Origin: Candidatus Methylomirabilia bacterium
Lineage (GTDB): Bacteria; Methylomirabilota; Methylomirabilia; Rokubacteriales; CSP1-6
Reading direction: 5' to 3'
Assembly: GCA_041496385.1 (NCBI GenBank)
Contig: JBGQEL010000056.1
Span: forward strand, 1-25,580
Length of the DNA: 25,580 bases
Below the pieces are notes generated by a model. That model did not search any database, was not told the origin of the DNA, and saw only the letters and a list, made by a program, of their open reading frames with translations. Below, one piece after another: positions 16,906 through 25,580 of the stretch. Within the stretch, counting starts at the first letter, position 1. The number at the start of each line of letters is the position of its first letter. A program made the translations under genes and the position numbers.

Positions 16906-17757
16906 TCAGGCGCGTAGGAAGCGGTTGAACCAGCCGACGCATTTCCCCCAGGCGTCGTCGGCCGCCGCCTTGTTGTAGGACGGCCGGTAGTCGGCGTGGA
17001 AGCCGTGGCCCACGCCCGGGTAGACGATGACCTCAGCGTTCGCGTTGTGCTGCCGGAGCATCTCGCCGAAGCGCCGCGCGTCTTCCGGCTTCGGATTCTG
17101 GTCGGTCTCGCCGAAGAGCCCCAGGAACGGGGCCTTGATGTCCTTGGCAACCTCGAAGCCCGTCACCGGTCCCGCTGCGGTCTGGTAGGGCCGGTTCGGC
17201 GGGCCGTACCAGGCGACGGCCGCGCGGATCTCGGGGTTCGTCGCGGCGACGTGGATCGTCGTCGAGCCACCCCAGCACCAGCCCGTCACGGCGACGCGAT
17301 CGGCGCGGACGTTCGGGCGCGTCTTCGCCCAGTCGACTGCGGCCTTGAGATCGCCGAGCGTCTGCTCGCGCTTCTGCGAGAGGACGATCTTGAGGATCGC
17401 CTGGATGTCCGGCAGCTGCGCCACGCCGCCCTCGCGCACGAACAGCTCGGGCGCGATCGCGTAAAACCCGGCCTTGGCGAACCGGCGGGTCGAGTCGCGG
17501 ATGTACTCGTGGACGCCCCAGATCTCGGAGATCACGAGGACGATCGGATGATCCTTGCCGGTCGCCGGGCGCGCCTCGTACACCGGCACGTTGACGCCGG
17601 CCACGGGCACCTGGAACTCGCCGGCCGCGATCCCGTCCGTGTCGGTCTTGATCGCCTGGGCGAGGATCGGATCGGCCGTGAGCGCGTACCCGGCGAACGT
17701 CGAGCCCGCCACGAGCATCTGACGCCGTGTGATGCCACTCTCCACCTGTTCAGCCAT
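16906..17757 (-). CDS. Dienelactone hydrolase family protein with Tat-like signal
   Basis: TRRQML twin-arginine leader, SEIWGV, GWCWGG nucleophile, GHGFHADYRPSY. RBS GAGGAGG. Confidence 0.9.
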   Translation of the reverse strand: MAEQVESGITRRQMLVAGSTFAGYALTADPILAQAIKTDTDGIAAGEFQVPVAGVNVPVYEARPATGKDHPIVLVISEIWGVHEYIRDSTRRFAKAGFYAIAPELFVREGGVAQLPDIQAILKIVLSQKREQTLGDLKAAVDWAKTRPNVRADRVAVTGWCWGGSTTIHVAATNPEIRAAVAWYGPPNRPYQTAAGPVTGFEVAKDIKAPFLGLFGETDQNPKPEDARRFGEMLRQHNANAEVIVYPGVGHGFHADYRPSYNKAAADDAWGKCVGWFNRFLRA

Positions 17758-17775
17758 GGGACACCTCCTCGTGGT

Positions 17776-18237
17776 TCAACGTTTGGACGCCTCTTGAAGT
17801 TCCCTCACGTGTTCGGCCCAGTGACCGGCGAGCAATTCCAGACGCTGCCGTCCCGTCATGACCTCGCCGTTCGAGCGCTTGAAGGCGGGCCGGTCGAGAT
17901 CGGGCGCGTTGCGCACCGCGCGCGTCAGGCGCGCGTGGGCCTGGCGAACCTGCGCGAGCAGCTCGTCGAGGCTCTCGTGCTCGTGCAGGCGGCGGCAGAC
18001 CTCGTTCACCGTGTCCGAGTCGGCGGGCACCGGCCAGGGCGGCCCGCCCAGCGCAGCCGACTGGATGCCCCACGCGGTCGCGTCGTGAAAGTAGATGAAG
18101 TGCATCAGCACGTCCCGGGCCTGCCACCGATCGACCTGGGCCTGCGTGCTCCGGCCCGGGCCTCCGAAATAGGCCAGCGTGTCCTGCACGACCTTGTCGA
18201 GGTTGGCGAACAGCACGTCTGCGGCCGGCGCGGTCAT
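17776..18237 (-). CDS. DinB/YfiT-like four-helix protein
   Basis: WQARDVLMH and C-terminal HWAEH metal-binding pattern, 153 aa. Confidence 0.65.
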   Translation of the reverse strand: MTAPAADVLFANLDKVVQDTLAYFGGPGRSTQAQVDRWQARDVLMHFIYFHDATAWGIQSAALGGPPWPVPADSDTVNEVCRRLHEHESLDELLAQVRQAHARLTRAVRNAPDLDRPAFKRSNGEVMTGRQRLELLAGHWAEHVRELQEASKR

Positions 18238-18311
18238 CGGCGAGCCCTCTCTCGGCTGGAGTTGCGCGTAGTGTACACGGAAGCTCGAGGCGTGGTACCT
18301 CTCTAGGCGCG

Positions 18312-19304
18312 ATGCGCCACGTTCACCTCGGCCGCACCGGGCTCAGGGTCTCGCGGCTCTGTCTCGGCACGATGACCTTCGGGCTCCAGTGCGACGAGGC
18401 GGCCTCCGTCGCGATCCTCGACCGCGCCGCCGCGGGCGGCATCACCTTCCTCGACACCGCCGACGTCTATCCGCTGGGCGGCAGCCTCGACACCGTCGGA
18501 CGCACCGAGGAGATCCTCGGGCGCTGGCTCCAGGGACGGCGCCACGAGTTCGTGGTCGCGACCAAGTGCGCCGGCGCGATGGGCGCGCGGCCCTGGGACC
18601 GCGGCGCGTCGCGCAAGCACGTCTTCGACGCGATCGAGGGCTCGCTGCGCCGCCTGCGCACCGACTACGTGGACCTCTACCAGCTCCACCACCCCGACCC
18701 CGAGACACCGATCGACGAGACGCTCCGCGCGCTCGATGACGTGGTGCGCGCGGGCAAGGCGCGCTACGTGGGCTGCTCGAACTTTCCCGCCTGGCAGGTG
18801 GCGCGCGCGCTCGGCCGGAGCGAGGTGCTCGGCGCGGCGCGGTTCGACTCGGTCCAGCCCCGTTACAACCTGCTCTTCCGCCAGATCGAGCGCGAGCTGC
18901 TGCCGCTCTGCCAGGTCGAGGGGCTCGGCGTGATTCCCTACAACCCGCTCGCCGGCGGCTTCCTCTCCGGCAAGCACCGGCGGGACGCGGGCCCGACCGC
19001 CGGCACGCGCTTCACCCTCGGCACCGCGGCGGAGCGCTACCAGGAGCGCTACTGGCACGCGCGCGAGTTCGCCACGGTGGAGGCGCTGCTCCCGCTCGCG
19101 CGTGAGGCGGGCATGCCGCTGGCGCGGCTCGCGCTCGCGTGGGTGCTCGGGCATCCGGCCGTCACGGCGCCGATCGTCGGCGCGAGCCGGCCCGCGCAGC
19201 TCGACGACGTGCTCCCCGCCGTCCAGAAGGACCTCGACGCCGGCGTCAAGGCGCGCCTCGACGAGCTGACGCGCGAGTATCGCTCGGGCGACGACGCGCG
19301 CTAG
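18312..19304 (+). CDS. Aldo/keto reductase (YajO/aryl-alcohol dehydrogenase-like)
   Basis: LGRTGLRVSRLCLGTMTFG, DTADVY, VATK, DLYQLH, GCSN, YNPLAGGFLSGK. Confidence 0.93.
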   Translation: MRHVHLGRTGLRVSRLCLGTMTFGLQCDEAASVAILDRAAAGGITFLDTADVYPLGGSLDTVGRTEEILGRWLQGRRHEFVVATKCAGAMGARPWDRGASRKHVFDAIEGSLRRLRTDYVDLYQLHHPDPETPIDETLRALDDVVRAGKARYVGCSNFPAWQVARALGRSEVLGAARFDSVQPRYNLLFRQIERELLPLCQVEGLGVIPYNPLAGGFLSGKHRRDAGPTAGTRFTLGTAAERYQERYWHAREFATVEALLPLAREAGMPLARLALAWVLGHPAVTAPIVGASRPAQLDDVLPAVQKDLDAGVKARLDELTREYRSGDDAR

Positions 19305-19333
19305 TCTAGCTAACCGGCCTGCGACAAGTTCGG

Positions 19334-19351
19334 TGGTGGCCCCAACGGGAT
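19334..19351 (-). other. tRNA 3'-end fragment (Glu-like), putative att site
   Basis: Minus strand reads ATCCCGTTGGGGCCACCA, i.e. 3' side of the T-arm, acceptor strand and CCA. The rest of a cloverleaf is not contiguous here. Confidence 0.55.
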
Positions 19352-19449
19352 GCGCCGTAAGGCGGTTGCTCTTGCTGCTTAGTCCCGCGCCGGCCGTGCG
19401 CGGCTGTGGGTCAAAGCTCGAGGCTCCCTCCGCCCGTGAGATTCGCGGG

Positions 19450-19851
19450 TCACGTCTGATCGGTCGGGTTCATGACCGCCATGCCGGCGGCGACTTGGAC
19501 GGCTCCGACCAGATCATCGACGCCGAGCACGATGCGCCCGCGCGTCGTGACGTAGACCGAGTCGATGTTGATGCCCGCCTTCGACATGACGAGCGCCACG
19601 TCTCCCAGCATGCCCGGTTCGTCCAGAACCCTCACGATGAGCACCTCGCGGCGCGTGTACGAGATTCGCGCTTCATCGAGAGCGTGGGCGGCCTTCCCCG
19701 GATCGCTGGGCACGAATTGAATAAGGGTCTTCCCCTCGCGGCTCATCCCTTGGATCGCCTCGATATTGATGCGGGCGCTGCCCAGCACACCGCCGAGTCG
19801 GGCCAGGGTGCCGGGTCTGTCCTCGAGCGTCACTTTGAACTCGGTTGCCAT
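19450..19851 (-). CDS. Tandem ACT-domain protein
   Basis: Two ACT repeats (LEDRPGTLARLGGVLGSARINIEAI; VLDEPGMLGDVALVMSKAGINIDSV). RBS GGGAGGG. Confidence 0.85.
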   Translation of the reverse strand: MATEFKVTLEDRPGTLARLGGVLGSARINIEAIQGMSREGKTLIQFVPSDPGKAAHALDEARISYTRREVLIVRVLDEPGMLGDVALVMSKAGINIDSVYVTTRGRIVLGVDDLVGAVQVAAGMAVMNPTDQT

Positions 19852-19878
19852 GCTTCCCTCCCCGGGTAGGCGAGCCCG

Positions 19879-20628
19879 CTACGGCTGAGCCCCGCGGCAG
19901 AGCGCGACGTCTGTCCGAAGCTCGTTCGCCGTGGTCATCCCGATGCAGATCGAATGCGCGTAGGGGAAACGGAAAGCCCAGCGAAGGGCAGGAGCGACGT
20001 CGGCACCCGTGACCTGGCCCGAGCCCAACGCCTTCATCCCATAGACGCCGCGCCCGCTCCGATAGAGACGCCGAATCACCGCCCGCATCTCGTGTGGTGC
20101 CGCGTCCTTCATCCAGGCGCCCGTCCGATTGACGATGACGAGCGCGACGTCGACCTCGGACAGGCCGAGAAGCCGGCGGAGAACCTCCCGGCTGTGGGAG
20201 GACACGCCCACCGCCCGCACGAGCCCCGCCTTCCGACTCTCGACCAGCGCGGCGAGCGCCGGCCGCTTGGCCTCCAGATCATCGACCGAGTCCACCGCGT
20301 GGAGTAGGAAGACGTCGACTGTGTCGGTGCGGAGCTCGCGCAACGCCTTCGTAACGGCCCGTCGCGCCCCACTGGCGGTGGTCGCGTAGGTCTTGGTGGC
20401 GACCACGACGTCTTGCCGCCCAACCTCACGGAGGGCCCGGGCGAGGTGGGGATGCGTTCCGTAGTCGTCGGAGGTATCCCAGAAGTTGACGCCGAGGTCG
20501 TAGGCCTGCACCAGGAGGCGCGCCCCGGTCGCGATCGGCCCGCCCAGGTAGCCGGTACCGAATGCCAGCCGCGAGACGCTGAGTCCCGTTTTCCCCAGGT
20601 CCGCACGGGTGACGACTTCTCGCCGCAT
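19879..20628 (-). CDS. Aldo/keto reductase (short type)
   Basis: LGKTGLSVSRLAFGT, WDTSDDYG, VATK, DVFLLH, AVGVSSH, GMKALG. Start ATG 20628, alternative 20658. Confidence 0.88.
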   Translation of the reverse strand: MRREVVTRADLGKTGLSVSRLAFGTGYLGGPIATGARLLVQAYDLGVNFWDTSDDYGTHPHLARALREVGRQDVVVATKTYATTASGARRAVTKALRELRTDTVDVFLLHAVDSVDDLEAKRPALAALVESRKAGLVRAVGVSSHSREVLRRLLGLSEVDVALVIVNRTGAWMKDAAPHEMRAVIRRLYRSGRGVYGMKALGSGQVTGADVAPALRWAFRFPYAHSICIGMTTANELRTDVALCRGAQP

Positions 20629-20808
20629 CTCATCCCCCCATGCGCGGAACGCTAACACATGAGCGAGCCTCTCGCAGCCGGCGCCCCAGGCGGGTCAATC
20701 GGGCCCCACCGGGCGGAGGGCGGGGCCAGCGCGAGGTCTTGCGACTGCTGTTGATTGGTTGCGGGGGCTGGATATGTTGAATGCTACACGGCGCCCGAGA
20801 CGCGAACC

Positions 20809-20852
20809 CGTCTTTCATGTCCGCCACGCGCTTTCGTAGTGGTTGAAAGACG
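20809..20852. repeat. Inverted repeat / stem-loop
   Basis: CGTCTTTCA (20809-20817) pairs with TGAAAGACG (20844-20852), with inner CCAC/GTGG pairing. Abuts the stop codon of the gamma-CA-like gene. Confidence 0.45.
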
Positions 20853-21422
20853 TTAACGTGCCTTTCTCCGGGCTGGGGCTCGAGCGGATCGCGCGCCTCG
20901 GTCGGCGGTCGTGCTATTGCGGCTGGACCGATACATGGCAACGAGGCGCCGATACGTCGTGGCCCGCCACCGGCCTATCCGGGGGCCGACCGGTTCGACT
21001 GATGGGTGATTGCCGCTCGCCGAGTTGCGGAAGACGGTGCGCGGCGGCACGCGCGTCCCCGGATACACAACCGAGCCCGCCGTCACGAGCGCGCTCGCGC
21101 CGATCCGCGCGCCGTCGAAGACGACGGCATTCGCCCCGATCACCGCGCCATCGCCGACGGTGCAGCCGTGGAGGACCGCGCCGTGGCCGATCACGCACCG
21201 CCGGCCGACGACGACGCGTCCGTGCAAGACGGCGTTGTCCTCGATGAGGCTCTCCTCTCCGACACGGATAGGCTCGAAGTCGCCGCGCAACACGGCGCCG
21301 AACCAGATGCTCGCGCGCGCGGCCACGGTGACGCGACCGACCACGTATGTCCCCTCCGTGAGGAACACGGACCGGTGGATGCGCGGGCGGTAGCGACCGA
21401 AGCGGATCACGGCGCCGCTCAC
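20853..21422 (-). CDS. Gamma-carbonic anhydrase family (YrdA/CaiE/PaaY-like) hexapeptide-repeat protein
   Basis: SIWFGAVLRGD, EDNAVLH and IGHGAVLHGC (three His ligands). GTGA overlap with the crotonase stop. Confidence 0.85.
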   Translation of the reverse strand: MSGAVIRFGRYRPRIHRSVFLTEGTYVVGRVTVAARASIWFGAVLRGDFEPIRVGEESLIEDNAVLHGRVVVGRRCVIGHGAVLHGCTVGDGAVIGANAVVFDGARIGASALVTAGSVVYPGTRVPPRTVFRNSASGNHPSVEPVGPRIGRWRATTYRRLVAMYRSSRNSTTADRGARSARAPARRKAR

Positions 21423-22252
21423 GGCTTGTCGGCCCGCTGGCGGAACGTCTGCTTGAGCCCGCCGGGCTTGAACCCGCCGCCTTCCCGCTCTACCCTGCTC
21501 CACCACTGGTCGAACTCCTCGCTGCGTTTCCCGGCCACGTGCAGAAGGAAGTGGTGCTCCCAGGCGCGCCCCTGCCCCATGAGGTCGAGCGTGTCATTGA
21601 TGGATTTCTTCACCGTGCGCACGGCGAAGGCCGGCAACGCCGCGATTCGGTTCGCCAGGGCGTCCACCTCGCCTTCCAGCCGGTCCGCCGGCACAACCCT
21701 GTTGACGAGCCCGAGCCGGTGCGCTTCGGTCGCGTCGATTGATTCCGCGGTGAACAGCAGCTCCTTGGCCTTACGCGCGCCGATCTCCCACGGCTCGACG
21801 AGGAGCTGCACGCCGGCCATCGCCATCGCGACGACGGGGTTCGCGAAGCGGGCGCTCTCGTCGCACACGATGAGATCGCACATGCAGGCGAGCATGAGGC
21901 CCGCCGCGACGCAATGGCCGTGCACCTGGGCAATGGTCGGCTTCGGCAGGTTCCGGATGCGGAACAGCTTCTCGAGAAACAGCTCCCGCTCCATGTCGAT
22001 CCGGGTGTGGTACGTGTACCCGCGCCGATCATAGCCGGGGTACTCGAGGTCGTGACCGGCCGAGAACGCGCGACCCTCGCCGCTGAGGACAACCACGAGC
22101 ACCTCGTCGTCGGCCCCGCCGGCGGCAAACGCGGCGTCCATCTCGGTGATCAGCGTGGGGTTCTGGGCGTTCAGCTTGTCAGGGCGGTTCATGCGGATGC
22201 GCAGGACCGGCCCCCGCCGCTCGACCTTGATCGCCTCGTAATCCATGGTCAC
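21419..22252 (-). CDS. Enoyl-CoA hydratase/isomerase (crotonase) family protein
   Basis: MNRPDKLNA, RAFSAGHD, PKPTIAQVHGHCVAAG, AKELLFT, GLVNRVV. Start GTG 22252 or ATG 22246. Confidence 0.9.
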   Translation of the reverse strand: MTMDYEAIKVERRGPVLRIRMNRPDKLNAQNPTLITEMDAAFAAGGADDEVLVVVLSGEGRAFSAGHDLEYPGYDRRGYTYHTRIDMERELFLEKLFRIRNLPKPTIAQVHGHCVAAGLMLACMCDLIVCDESARFANPVVAMAMAGVQLLVEPWEIGARKAKELLFTAESIDATEAHRLGLVNRVVPADRLEGEVDALANRIAALPAFAVRTVKKSINDTLDLMGQGRAWEHHFLLHVAGKRSEEFDQWWSRVEREGGGFKPGGLKQTFRQRADKP

Positions 22253-23190
22253 ATCCTCCCCGTTCCAAGTGTGGCGATCAGCTCACCGTAGGCGGCGAGC
22301 TGGCCCGGCCACTCCCGATAGCCGCATACCGGCCCGAGCACGACGTATTGCACACCGGCGTCGATGAAGGCCCGGATCCGGGCGGCGCACGCCTCGACCG
22401 GTCCCGCGGCGCCGAAGCGCTCCATGATCGAATCCCCGGGCAGGCGGTACACGCGGTTGATGTACTCGGCGCCCGCCGCACGCGCTCGAGCCGCGTCGGG
22501 TCCGATATTGATGAAGACGAACGAGCCGCAGGTGAAGCCGTCGGCCGGCCGGCCCTCCTCGGCGAGAAAGCCGTGGAGCGTTTGGACCAGCCGCGCGAAC
22601 TTGCGCTCACTGGCGAAGGCGCCGATCCAGCCGTCGCCGTAGCGGGCCGCGCGCCGCAGCGCGGCCTCCGAGGTGCCGCCGATCCAGATGGGCAGGGCGC
22701 GCTGGACTGGGCGCGGCGCGATCGAAACGTTGTCGAGGACGAAGTGGCGTCCGGTGTAGCTGAAGCGCTCATTGAGGAAGAGACCACGGACGATGTCGAG
22801 GCTCTCGTTGGTGCGGGAGCCGCGCTCGCGCAGCGGCACGCGCATGGCGCGGTACTCGGCGGGGTGGTCGCCGCCGACGCCCACGCCGAAGATCATGCGC
22901 CCGCCCGACAGCACGTCGAGGCTCGCGACCGTCTTGGCGATCAGCACCGGATCGCGCAGCGGCAGGATGATGACGTTGCTTGCGATGCGAACGCGCGAGG
23001 TGGCGGCGGCGAAGGTGGCGAGCACCGTGGTCGCTTCCAGGATCGGCGCATGCCACTGGACGTGGTCGCCGACCTGGACGGAGTCGAAGCCGACCGCCTC
23101 GGCGGTGCGCGCGAACTCCATGAGCTCCGGTGCCCCGGGCACCTCGGACGAGTACGCGCCGACTGCGACACCGAAACGGAGCACGGTCAC
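22249..23190 (-). CDS. LLM-class flavin/F420-dependent oxidoreductase
   Basis: AEAVGFDSVQVGDH, LPLRDPVLIAKTVASLDVLSGGR, PIWIGG, RRAARYGDGW. GTGA overlap with the livF stop. Confidence 0.9.
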   Translation of the reverse strand: MTVLRFGVAVGAYSSEVPGAPELMEFARTAEAVGFDSVQVGDHVQWHAPILEATTVLATFAAATSRVRIASNVIILPLRDPVLIAKTVASLDVLSGGRMIFGVGVGGDHPAEYRAMRVPLRERGSRTNESLDIVRGLFLNERFSYTGRHFVLDNVSIAPRPVQRALPIWIGGTSEAALRRAARYGDGWIGAFASERKFARLVQTLHGFLAEEGRPADGFTCGSFVFINIGPDAARARAAGAEYINRVYRLPGDSIMERFGAAGPVEACAARIRAFIDAGVQYVVLGPVCGYREWPGQLAAYGELIATLGTGRM

Positions 23191-23894
23191 CCTCCCAGGT
23201 ACGCGGCCTTGACGTGGGGGCTCTCGGCCAGCTCGCTTGACGGCCCGCTCAGCGCGATCCGACCGGTCTCCATGACATAGGCGCGCGATGCGATGTCCAG
23301 CGCCATCCGGGCGTTTTGCTCCACGAGCAGGACAGACACGCCCTGCTCCCGATTGATGGACCGCACGATCCGCGCGATCTCGCGTGCGACCATCGGCGCC
23401 AGCCCGAACGACGGCTCGTCGAGGAGCAGCAAGGCGGGCTCGGCCATGAGCGCTCGACCGATGGCCAGCATCTGCTGCTCGCCGCCGCTCAGGGTGCCCG
23501 CCAGCTGCCGCCGCCGCTCGGCCAGGCGTGGGAAGCGACCCTCGACCATCGCCAGCGTGCGACGGATCTCGGGGGCCGACCGCCGACGGTAGGCACCCAT
23601 CTTGAGATTCTCGAGCACCGTCATCCGGGGAAACAGCCGCCGCCCTTCCGGCGCGTGCGCCAACCCGAGCGTCACGACGCGATGGGCCTTCCACCGCGAG
23701 ATGTCGCGGCCGCGGAGCAGGATGCGGCCGCCAGCGCTCTGCACGAGGCCGGAGATCGCCCGCAGCGTCGAGGTCTTCCCGGCGCCGTTGGGGCCGATGA
23801 CGGCGACCACCTCACCTTCTTCCACCCGGAACGAGACGCCCTTGACGGCCGCGACGTTGCCGTAGCGGACCTCGAGATCCGTCACCTCAATCAC
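23187..23894 (-). CDS. livF: Branched-chain amino acid-type ABC transporter ATPase (LivF)
   Basis: GPNGAGKT, PEGRRLF, LSGGEQQMLAIGRALM, LLDEPS, VEQN. Confidence 0.92.
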   Translation of the reverse strand: MIEVTDLEVRYGNVAAVKGVSFRVEEGEVVAVIGPNGAGKTSTLRAISGLVQSAGGRILLRGRDISRWKAHRVVTLGLAHAPEGRRLFPRMTVLENLKMGAYRRRSAPEIRRTLAMVEGRFPRLAERRRQLAGTLSGGEQQMLAIGRALMAEPALLLLDEPSFGLAPMVAREIARIVRSINREQGVSVLLVEQNARMALDIASRAYVMETGRIALSGPSSELAESPHVKAAYLGG

Positions 23895-24654
23895 GGGATT
23901 CCTCGGCGCCGAGGTACGCCTCGATGACGGCGGGATTGGCCTGGATTTCCCGCGGCGGCCCCTCGGCGATGCGAACGCCGTGGTCGAGCACGGTGATGAC
24001 ATCGCAGAGCCCCATCACCGCTCGCATATCATGCTCGACGAGCAGAATCGTCCTGCCCTCGGCGCGCAGACCGCGAAGCGTGGCGACCGTCTCTTCGCTC
24101 TCGTGCGCGCTGAGGCCGGCGAGCGGCTCGTCGAGAATCACCAGCTCGGCTCCGGTCGCCAGGACCATGGCCAGGCATAGCGCCTTCTGATCGCGGTGCG
24201 GCAGCGTTCCGGCGCGCTGATCGGCCGCCTCCCCCAGGCGCAGCACCTCCAGCAACGCTCGGGCGCGGGCGAGGATGGCCCGCTCTTTGTCGCGGTAGGC
24301 GGCCGTCCCGAGGAGCGTCGGGACGAACATCGTCTCTGCGTGCAGGTGGCGCGCGATGAGGACGTTCTCCAGGACCGTGGACTCCCGGAACAGCGTGGAC
24401 GCCTGGAACGTCCGCGCGATCCCGCGCCGGCAGATCTCCGAGGGCCGCAGCCCCGACACGCGCTCGCCCTTGAAGCGGATCTCGCCCGACGATAGCGGCA
24501 GCACACCGGTGAGGAGGTTGAAGACCGTGCTCTTCCCGGCGCCGTTCGGCCCGATGAGCCCGTGGATGCTGCGTGGCGCCACGTTCATGGACAGCCCGCT
24601 CACGGCCTGCAGGCCGCCGAAGCGCTTGGTGACGTCCTGCAACTCAAGGAGCAA
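23887..24654 (-). CDS. livG: Branched-chain amino acid-type ABC transporter ATPase (LivG)
   Basis: KRFGGLQAV, GPNGAGKST, ARTFQ, ILDEP, VEHDM, VIEAYLG. Start TTG 24654 after GGGAG. Confidence 0.9.
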   Translation of the reverse strand: MLLELQDVTKRFGGLQAVSGLSMNVAPRSIHGLIGPNGAGKSTVFNLLTGVLPLSSGEIRFKGERVSGLRPSEICRRGIARTFQASTLFRESTVLENVLIARHLHAETMFVPTLLGTAAYRDKERAILARARALLEVLRLGEAADQRAGTLPHRDQKALCLAMVLATGAELVILDEPLAGLSAHESEETVATLRGLRAEGRTILLVEHDMRAVMGLCDVITVLDHGVRIAEGPPREIQANPAVIEAYLGAEESRD

Positions 24655-25580
24655 CGCGGGCTCCCATCGTCCTGGCCCTGGCACGGCGACGCCGGGCGAG
24701 CGTCCCTGCGAGTCGACCGGGCAGCGACACCAGGCCTTCCGGGACGGCAAGCATGACAACGATCAGGATCAGTCCGTAGACGAGGATCTCGTAGTGGTGG
24801 AGCTCGCGCAGGAACTCGGAGGCGACCGAGAGCACGACCGTGCCGACGACCGGGCCCCACACGGTTTGCGCCCCGCCGATGACGGTGAACACGACCAGCA
24901 GGACCATGGGCTCGAGACCGAAGTCGCTGGAGTGCAGGACCTGGTGGGTGTGGGCGAAGAACACGCCGGTAAGGCCGGCGAAGAAGCTCCCGAGCACGAA
25001 CACGCCCAGCCGGTAGCGACTGACGTTGACGCCGAGGGTCTCGGCCAGCACGTCGGCCTGGCGGATGGCGTTGGCGACCAGACCGACGCGCGAGTACTCG
25101 AGCCGGATCAGCACCGCCGCCGCCATCAGGAACAGCGCGTATATCAGCCAGTATTGCGGCAGCTTGCCTGTGAAGGTCACTGCACCCCCGCTGAGCGGCA
25201 GCGGGGACGGTCCCGGGATCTGGACGAGTCCCGACGGGCCGCCCAGATAGTCCACGAAGAAGTTGTTGAAGACCAAGCGCAGGACTTCGAGGAACGCGAA
25301 CGTGATCAGGAAATAATAGGGCCCGCTGACGCGCAGCGCGATACGGCCGACGGGGACCGCGACGAGCGCGGCCACCAGCGGAGCCACCCACAGCGACGCC
25401 CAGAACGACCACCCGACCCGCATCACGAGGAGCGCCGAGGCGTAGGCGCCGATGCCCATGAATGAGATGTGCGCCATGTTGAGCTGGCCCGTGCTCATCT
25501 CGAACCGGAGGCTGAGCGTGAGCACGAGGTTCATGAGGATCGTCGTGGCCACGTCGAGGTAGTACGAGTCGCGCGTGGCA
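24644..25580 (-). CDS. livM: Branched-chain amino acid-type ABC transporter permease (LivM), 5'-truncated by window end
   Basis: TGQLNMAHISFMGIGAY, LRVSGPYYFLIT, GGPSG, AIRQ...AETLGVN, IGG...WGPVVG. Confidence 0.9.
   Translation of the reverse strand, partial: ATRDSYYLDVATTILMNLVLTLSLRFEMSTGQLNMAHISFMGIGAYASALLVMRVGWSFWASLWVAPLVAALVAVPVGRIALRVSGPYYFLITFAFLEVLRLVFNNFFVDYLGGPSGLVQIPGPSPLPLSGGAVTFTGKLPQYWLIYALFLMAAAVLIRLEYSRVGLVANAIRQADVLAETLGVNVSRYRLGVFVLGSFFAGLTGVFFAHTHQVLHSSDFGLEPMVLLVVFTVIGGAQTVWGPVVGTVVLSVASEFLRELHHYEILVYGLILIVVMLAVPEGLVSLPGRLAGTLARRRRARARTMGARVAP

Noticed and set aside
19301..19309. CTAG-T-CTAG as an excision footprint of the MITE
   Set aside because: Too short to distinguish from chance, and the first CTAG is simply the AKR stop codon.
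19334..19420. Intact tRNA gene
   Set aside because: Only about 18 nt of 3' end match. No anticodon arm, D-arm or 5' acceptor strand is contiguous.

Overview
High-GC bacterial chromosomal segment. The gene inventory (family-5 solute-binding protein, several LLM oxidoreductases, MetE-like protein, Liv ABC genes) resembles Candidatus Rokubacteria/Methylomirabilota soil genomes, but this taxonomic call is only an inference. About 26 CDSs are mostly catabolic, redox or transport genes: EamA transporter, MarR-GNAT fusion, hpaB, Gfo/Idh/MocA, two secreted beta-propellers, PLP class V enzyme, MetE-like, two LLMs, SDR, ALDH, LigB/LigA dioxygenase, dienelactone hydrolase, DinB-like, two AKRs, ACT protein, gamma-CA-like, crotonase and livMGF. 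The most notable signals are four. (1) A 99-aa leader ORF (4967-5266) with a signal peptide, an Asp-rich DDNDYDD motif and a C-terminal RAPP motif lies upstream of a structured spacer and a secreted beta-propeller gene; it is a candidate new ribosome-arrest regulatory system. (2) Two copies of a 208-bp CTAG-flanked, almost fully palindromic MITE. (3) A tRNA-Glu-like 3' end whose two halves appear to bracket a 1.45-kb two-gene cassette, consistent with attL/attR sites. (4) A modA pseudogene with two internal deletions. No rRNA, intact tRNA, CRISPR array, transposase or integrase was seen.
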